Origin: Trichoplax adhaerens
Lineage: Eukaryota > Animalia > Placozoa
Direction of reading: 5' to 3'
Assembly (NCBI RefSeq): GCF_000150275.1
Contig: NW_002060943.1
Coordinates: forward strand, 13,036,000 to 13,099,999
Length of the DNA: 64,000 nt
The position numbers and the translations under genes are program-made. A model generated the notes under the pieces. The model worked only from the letters and a program-made list of their open reading frames with translations. It was not told the DNA's origin and made no database searches. Shown here in pieces: positions 59,035-64,000 of the stretch (positions are counted from its first letter, which is position 1; every line of letters starts with the position of its first letter).

Positions 59035-62000
59035 ATTTTCTTTTCGAAATGTCACTACCTAGACGAGTGCTAGTAATTTCTTGACTCGAGAGCTGGCTCT
59101 ATCCAAAGAATGATCATTCATTTAATAAAAGTAGTATGTGAACTTTTCCGCATGGGCAACTAATCACTTCTTCCAAAAAAAGTTGACGAGTTCAAAATGC
59201 AACACATTCAGTAAGCAGATGCTCAAAATTAATCAAATATATCAGCTCTATAGTAAAGGAGGAACGCCCACAATCTTTCTTGATATTGTAGATGTACCGG
59301 CAATATGGAATCCAATTTAGTACAATGTTCAAATGAAACCTTGACGAATGGGAGCTAAATAATAAAGCAGAAACATTAGCAATCTTCTTACGTATGTGGA
59401 CGTACGGTCAATGCAGAATACGCTATAGTAGAATGGAGCAAGAAATTACGATGAATTGGGAACGATTTTAAACAGAAAACAAGTGGCTCTAACGTCATCT
59501 AACTTGCGAAAACTTTTAGTGAATATTGACGAATGGATCAGGGCTTCACACTATCAACTTGATGTAGTGATGCACTTTGATAGAACCTTCCATAAAATGA
59601 TCGAGTAATACTGTAGACATTGCATAGCTACGTAATAGCTATATATTTACAATACTTACTTTCATGATCGTACGACATCAATCAAAAAAAATCATTGAAA
59701 CTGGTAAAAAATATTGACAAAGCTCAAATATTCGTACATGTATATATATAAAGCAAATATCATTCCATCAGTCATTTCTNTGCATGACGCTACAGATTAT
59801 CAAATTGTCAGGCAGTCTAATATTTACTTTTGTATAATATAAATTTCAATTTTTGTCTTGTTACTATTAAATGATACCTTTCATTATTTTACTCGTAGAA
59901 ATAATGTAATAACTCTTCATAAAATTGATAATGAATTATCGATGACAAAACTACTTCCATATCCAGTTATCATAAACAAAATATCTTTACGCCCAATCAT
60001 AGCAACAATTAGCAATATATAATAATTCAAACTAACATTAATGAACTTACCAAAAGAATCATTTTTGCTTTTGCATATAAACTAGAATTAAAGTTAACCG
60101 TTCAATCGGCACCGGCATTATGGTTCATGGTAAGATTAGTGTCAAATCCATCTTATCCAAACTGAATTAATTCATGCTCATGATAGGCGTCTTCATCATT
60201 ATTTCGATAGAATAATTAGTATGCCTACATCGTGCATGGAATGTATGCTCATATAATTGTTAATATTATTGCAGGGAAATCGGTTCTACGCATACAGTGC
60301 GACCTTGACCATCCTTTGAGCTAAGATGGCGGTGCCAAACCTGAGTGGACTAGTGTTGTCAAAGAATTACGGTATCGTCAATCTTAATTCCTAAGACAAG
60401 TTATCATGAACTATGTGGAGTACTAGCACATAATAGGTATAATGATAAGATCCAATGCAATTACCTAGTTCTATTTATATTCAAGGTTCTGTAACCGTAC
60501 TAGCTAAAAGTGCAGCCGTTGTTAATGTCAACAGACTGGTTGATTATTACGCAGTTTACGTTTTTGTCTTCCATTATAACGTCCACAAAATCCCAGTCTA
60601 GATATGTTGTAATTCACAAACTACACGAGACATGTTTAATGGGTGCTCTAGTACGTTTGGATAAAATTGCCTTTACACATTAGTAAAGTCTTGACCTTAT
60701 AATGTCGGATAGAATCTGTTTCAGCTTGCTCGTGCCCATACTATATCTAGTAAAGACCTCTTTCTAAATTTTACCCTATAACGCGAAAGCGAAGGGGTTC
60801 TAATGATTGTCGGTTCTACTACAGCATGGGATTAGGCGTTCCCTATAACTCAGACAGGCATAGTGTAATAAATGGACTCCCTTTAGCCCCTAGTCTAACG
60901 CATCATCAAGTAATTAGTCTCACAATGTAGTAGTTCAAATAATTTATTACTTAAATATATTATTGAACATTACATTAGTAAAATTTGAGACCACAAAACT
61001 ACAAACAGCTAGCTCGCAAGCTATCGACTGATTTTCTCTCGAAGGAGCCAGCCTTTTATGTTTTTCTTACAGCATGTTGACACACATATTTACCAAATCA
61101 TTTTCACTAGTCCATTCAACTTGGTTGTAGTATGGCTCCTACTGGTACAAGGCCCCTGACGAGGTATGATTGCCGATTCGAAATCTCTCACTCTTAGCTA
61201 ACCGTATCCAAGTTACTGAGATTTATCGATTCCGTCCGGGACAACTTAAGAAAAAAAAGCTATTCTATTACCTCACAAATAAAGACCGGGACGTATTTCT
61301 TACCAATAGATAAACAATTTAAATTGTTTGTCTCGGTATTTTTTATAATATTTACTCTAACCAACTACAAACACAATCGCCAACAAGTGTCAATATTTGC
61401 AGGCGTAGAAATGAAGAATAACTTCTAGCTAGGACAAGATCTTTCTAGTTCCGACTCGCTATAAAGGAAGTTACGATATGGATATAGCAAAAAGTAAAAT
61501 AAATCTTTAATGTTGACTAGAATAATTGTTAATTAATAGAATAGTGTAAATTGTACTTGAAAAACGGTTAATGGAAATATGGTTAAATTGTCAATTGTTA
61601 GGAATTGTTTTAATAAAAGAAACTGGTTAAAAATTATGGTATAGATGGAAATTTAGAGTAATATAATTTAAAATGATTGTTTTCGTACATTAGGCAGAGA
61701 GAGAGTATAGCTAGTTGTTAATTGCCGAATTGAATAGTGAGTAAAATAAAATTAAGAGGATTGACTCTCATATAAATCTATGTTAGATTATCTTATAGAA
61801 ACTATATAATTTATATGTGTTTTGAATATCACTTATGTATGGGCTAATCTTGCTAAAGGTATATAAGAGCTTCACGACTAACTATCAGAAAAGAGAATTA
61901 GATGAAGCTGTAGTAAGAGTATTATTAATAAAGGCTGTTTACCTAATGCAAAACAGTTCTTAAGTATTTAGCTGACTAAGGTAGTTTCACTAGGTTGTAG

Positions 62001-62516
62001 TGACTAAAGACGTTTAGGAGAAATAAGCTTAGGACTAGTAATAATTTTAAACTTGTTGCAATCGTAGTTGTAACAAGTGGTAAATCAAATCAACTTACTT
62101 AGTTACTACATCTTCTTTAATGTCTTTGATAGCCGTTTATTTTAATCATACTTAGGATTGATCTGAACAAGTAAAAACTACTTATTTGCGAATACTAAGT
62201 TGAATTCATCGTATGTTACATTTAGTTCAGACAAGTATTTTATAATAATCGATTTTATAACTGATTATCTAACGATTGAGATACTACATAATGCAATAGA
62301 CCAATAAGCTTTAACAGACTAGGAAAGCTTCTCACAACAGCAGATCTTTAATAAAAAGGATTAAAAACAAGAACAGATGAAAGTAGCTACTTAATTACAC
62401 TATTTAACTTGTTTACAACCTAAAAGAATTGCAAATAAGTTCACTTAAAATTAGCAAAAGTTAGTACGAGAGCAAAACTGAATAAGTAGTAATAAAATTC
62501 TGAGAAGCTGAAATCA

Positions 62517-62836
62517 TTATATTTCTGCAAGTTTTTTAGGATCTGTATGCTCGTTCACGACTAGCGGATTTTCTTTCTTAGGTGCTTTGCATACCTTCAC
62601 TTTTGTAAGCAAGTAAGATTGGATCAGAAAAAGCTCGCTAAAGTTTAAATGAATTTCTATATCGCTTTTAAATAAATTAGATAAAGATCTTGTTTGAGCA
62701 ATCCGATCAATATTTTAGATTAGGTTAAGGCAATTTATTTTGATTTGACGTATCTCCAAAAGAAGGGCATGACTATCTACTGAATATTTCATGAAGATAA
62801 TAGCAATTTGAAGAGATCTAATTTGGCAAGCATTTT
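62517..62836 (-). pseudogene. Internal fragment of the GENACQIR family (copy E), most like copy A; its 5' part is lost in the gap
   Basis: NACQIRSLQIAIIFMKYSVDSHALLLEIRQIKINCLNLI*NIDRIAQTRSLSNLFKSDIEIHLNFSELFLIQSYLLTKVKV...NEHTDPKKLAEI*. In-frame TAA at 62715-62717, and homology ends abruptly at ~62520. Confidence 0.9.
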
Positions 62837-62886
62837 NNNNNNNNNNNNNNNNNNNNNNNNNNNNNNNNNNNNNNNNNNNNNNNNNN
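62837..62886. other. Assembly gap (50 N)
   Basis: Run of N. Confidence 1.
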
Positions 62887-64000
62887 ATTGAGCATATATA
62901 AATTTTACAATAGTAGATATAAGCAGTCTTCTATTCTCAGAAGTAGACCTACTGTTAGATTTATACATGAATTTAATTTATTGATGATGGTAAATACTTA
63001 TCCTTCGAGATACGGCATTTGATTAATTTTAAGTGTTAAGAAATTATCTAAGCGAGTGCATCGTAAATTATCAATCTTAAATTTTGATTATAATTTTAGC
63101 TACGAAGACATCGATTATTTGCGTTCGTCTGTATTATCATTAGTCTTTACGTTTAAGTGAGAGATTTGAAGACTCTTTATGACTGAAGGCTAGCAGGATC
63201 CTGACCTCACAGGGTTAACTTCGGCTAATTTAGTTATTCTCAAATAAATCTTGATTATAGCAATAAAGGCGTGTTATAAATTATAGTACTACTAAAATAA
63301 AAGAAGCTGGGAAGGAAACACCGCCTCTTCATCATATTTATTTATTAAAAAAACAAAATTTTACTTTCATAATTGAATCTAACAAAATTAATTTCAGTAT
63401 TAGTTCGACATCTTATTTTGTACATTATTTATACACTATTTAAGAGCTAACAATAGCTTCTACTTTCATAAAGTTGAAACGAACAAATAACATAGCGATA
63501 GCAACTATTAATATGAATGAATTGTTCTTTCATTATTATGGTTTGAAAATAGCAGTGAATGTATTCTGATCGTGTTTGCTATGAATAAATCCCTATAGAA
63601 ATATCAAAATGCGTTATACGGCTATGTTGTGCAACGGAAGTGAAAGTTGAGCTAGCAATTGTATTCTCTGCCATAGTATTTTTGAGATGCTAACATAACT
63701 ATCAAAGTTATCTCGTATAACGTGAATGGCCTGGATTGTGAAGATAAATTAAGGTCGCCAAGCATGATTAGTTCTATTGTTGCATAGGAGTATGAATCTT
63801 TCAAATTCTTGATAATTTAAAATACCCGTATAGGCATAGGANATGCTATGCTCCAGATAAACATTTAATCAGTTGTTAATAAGATTATAGTGATCGCAGC
63901 ATGAAAACTATGTTATAGTCTAGGTATACGATACCTTCGCTACATACCTAGACCATAACAACTGTTCGCATACCTCACCCGTTAGTTCAGTCATCATATA
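62887..64000. repeat. Second copy of 43595-44708, running off the window edge
   Basis: Essentially identical sequence starting exactly at the gap edge. Confidence 0.95.

Noticed and set aside
48954-59055. Intronless ORFs interpreted as a contaminating bacterial or endosymbiont contig
   Set aside because: They are surrounded by kilobases of non-coding AT-rich DNA, microsatellites, pseudogenes and splice-like signals, with no operon structure or neighbouring bacterial genes.
61850-62510. Possible degenerate LINE or other coding relic next to copy E
   Set aside because: The frames I translated were riddled with stops and showed no diagnostic RT or endonuclease motif.

Overview
AT-rich eukaryotic (animal) genomic DNA with short GT-AG introns. 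The compact gene structure, low GC and 50-N scaffold gaps are consistent with an early-branching metazoan such as a placozoan (inference, not proven). The left half (1-30.1 kb) is a dense block of genes: striatin (+), an orphan multi-exon gene (+), an intronless VAT-1-like MDR oxidoreductase (-), MEMO1 (+) and Rab1 (-), with local tandem repeats near their 5' ends. Right of an assembly gap at 30105-30154 the window becomes gene-poor and duplication-rich. Its main content is a previously unrecognised (to me) family of about 400-aa proteins with intronless coding regions and the conserved motifs FDPLVGENACQIR, L/IPCFW, AAxHxQYP and GC..SRFF.SH.YC. There are five copies in mixed orientation: two intact ORFs (48954-50225 +, 57841-59034 -), one full-length pseudogene and two fragments. 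The pattern suggests a locally expanding, possibly horizontally acquired enzyme or effector-like gene undergoing birth and death. Also present are two decayed copies of another, possibly TPR-containing, gene and a 1.1 kb near-identical duplication next to a second gap.
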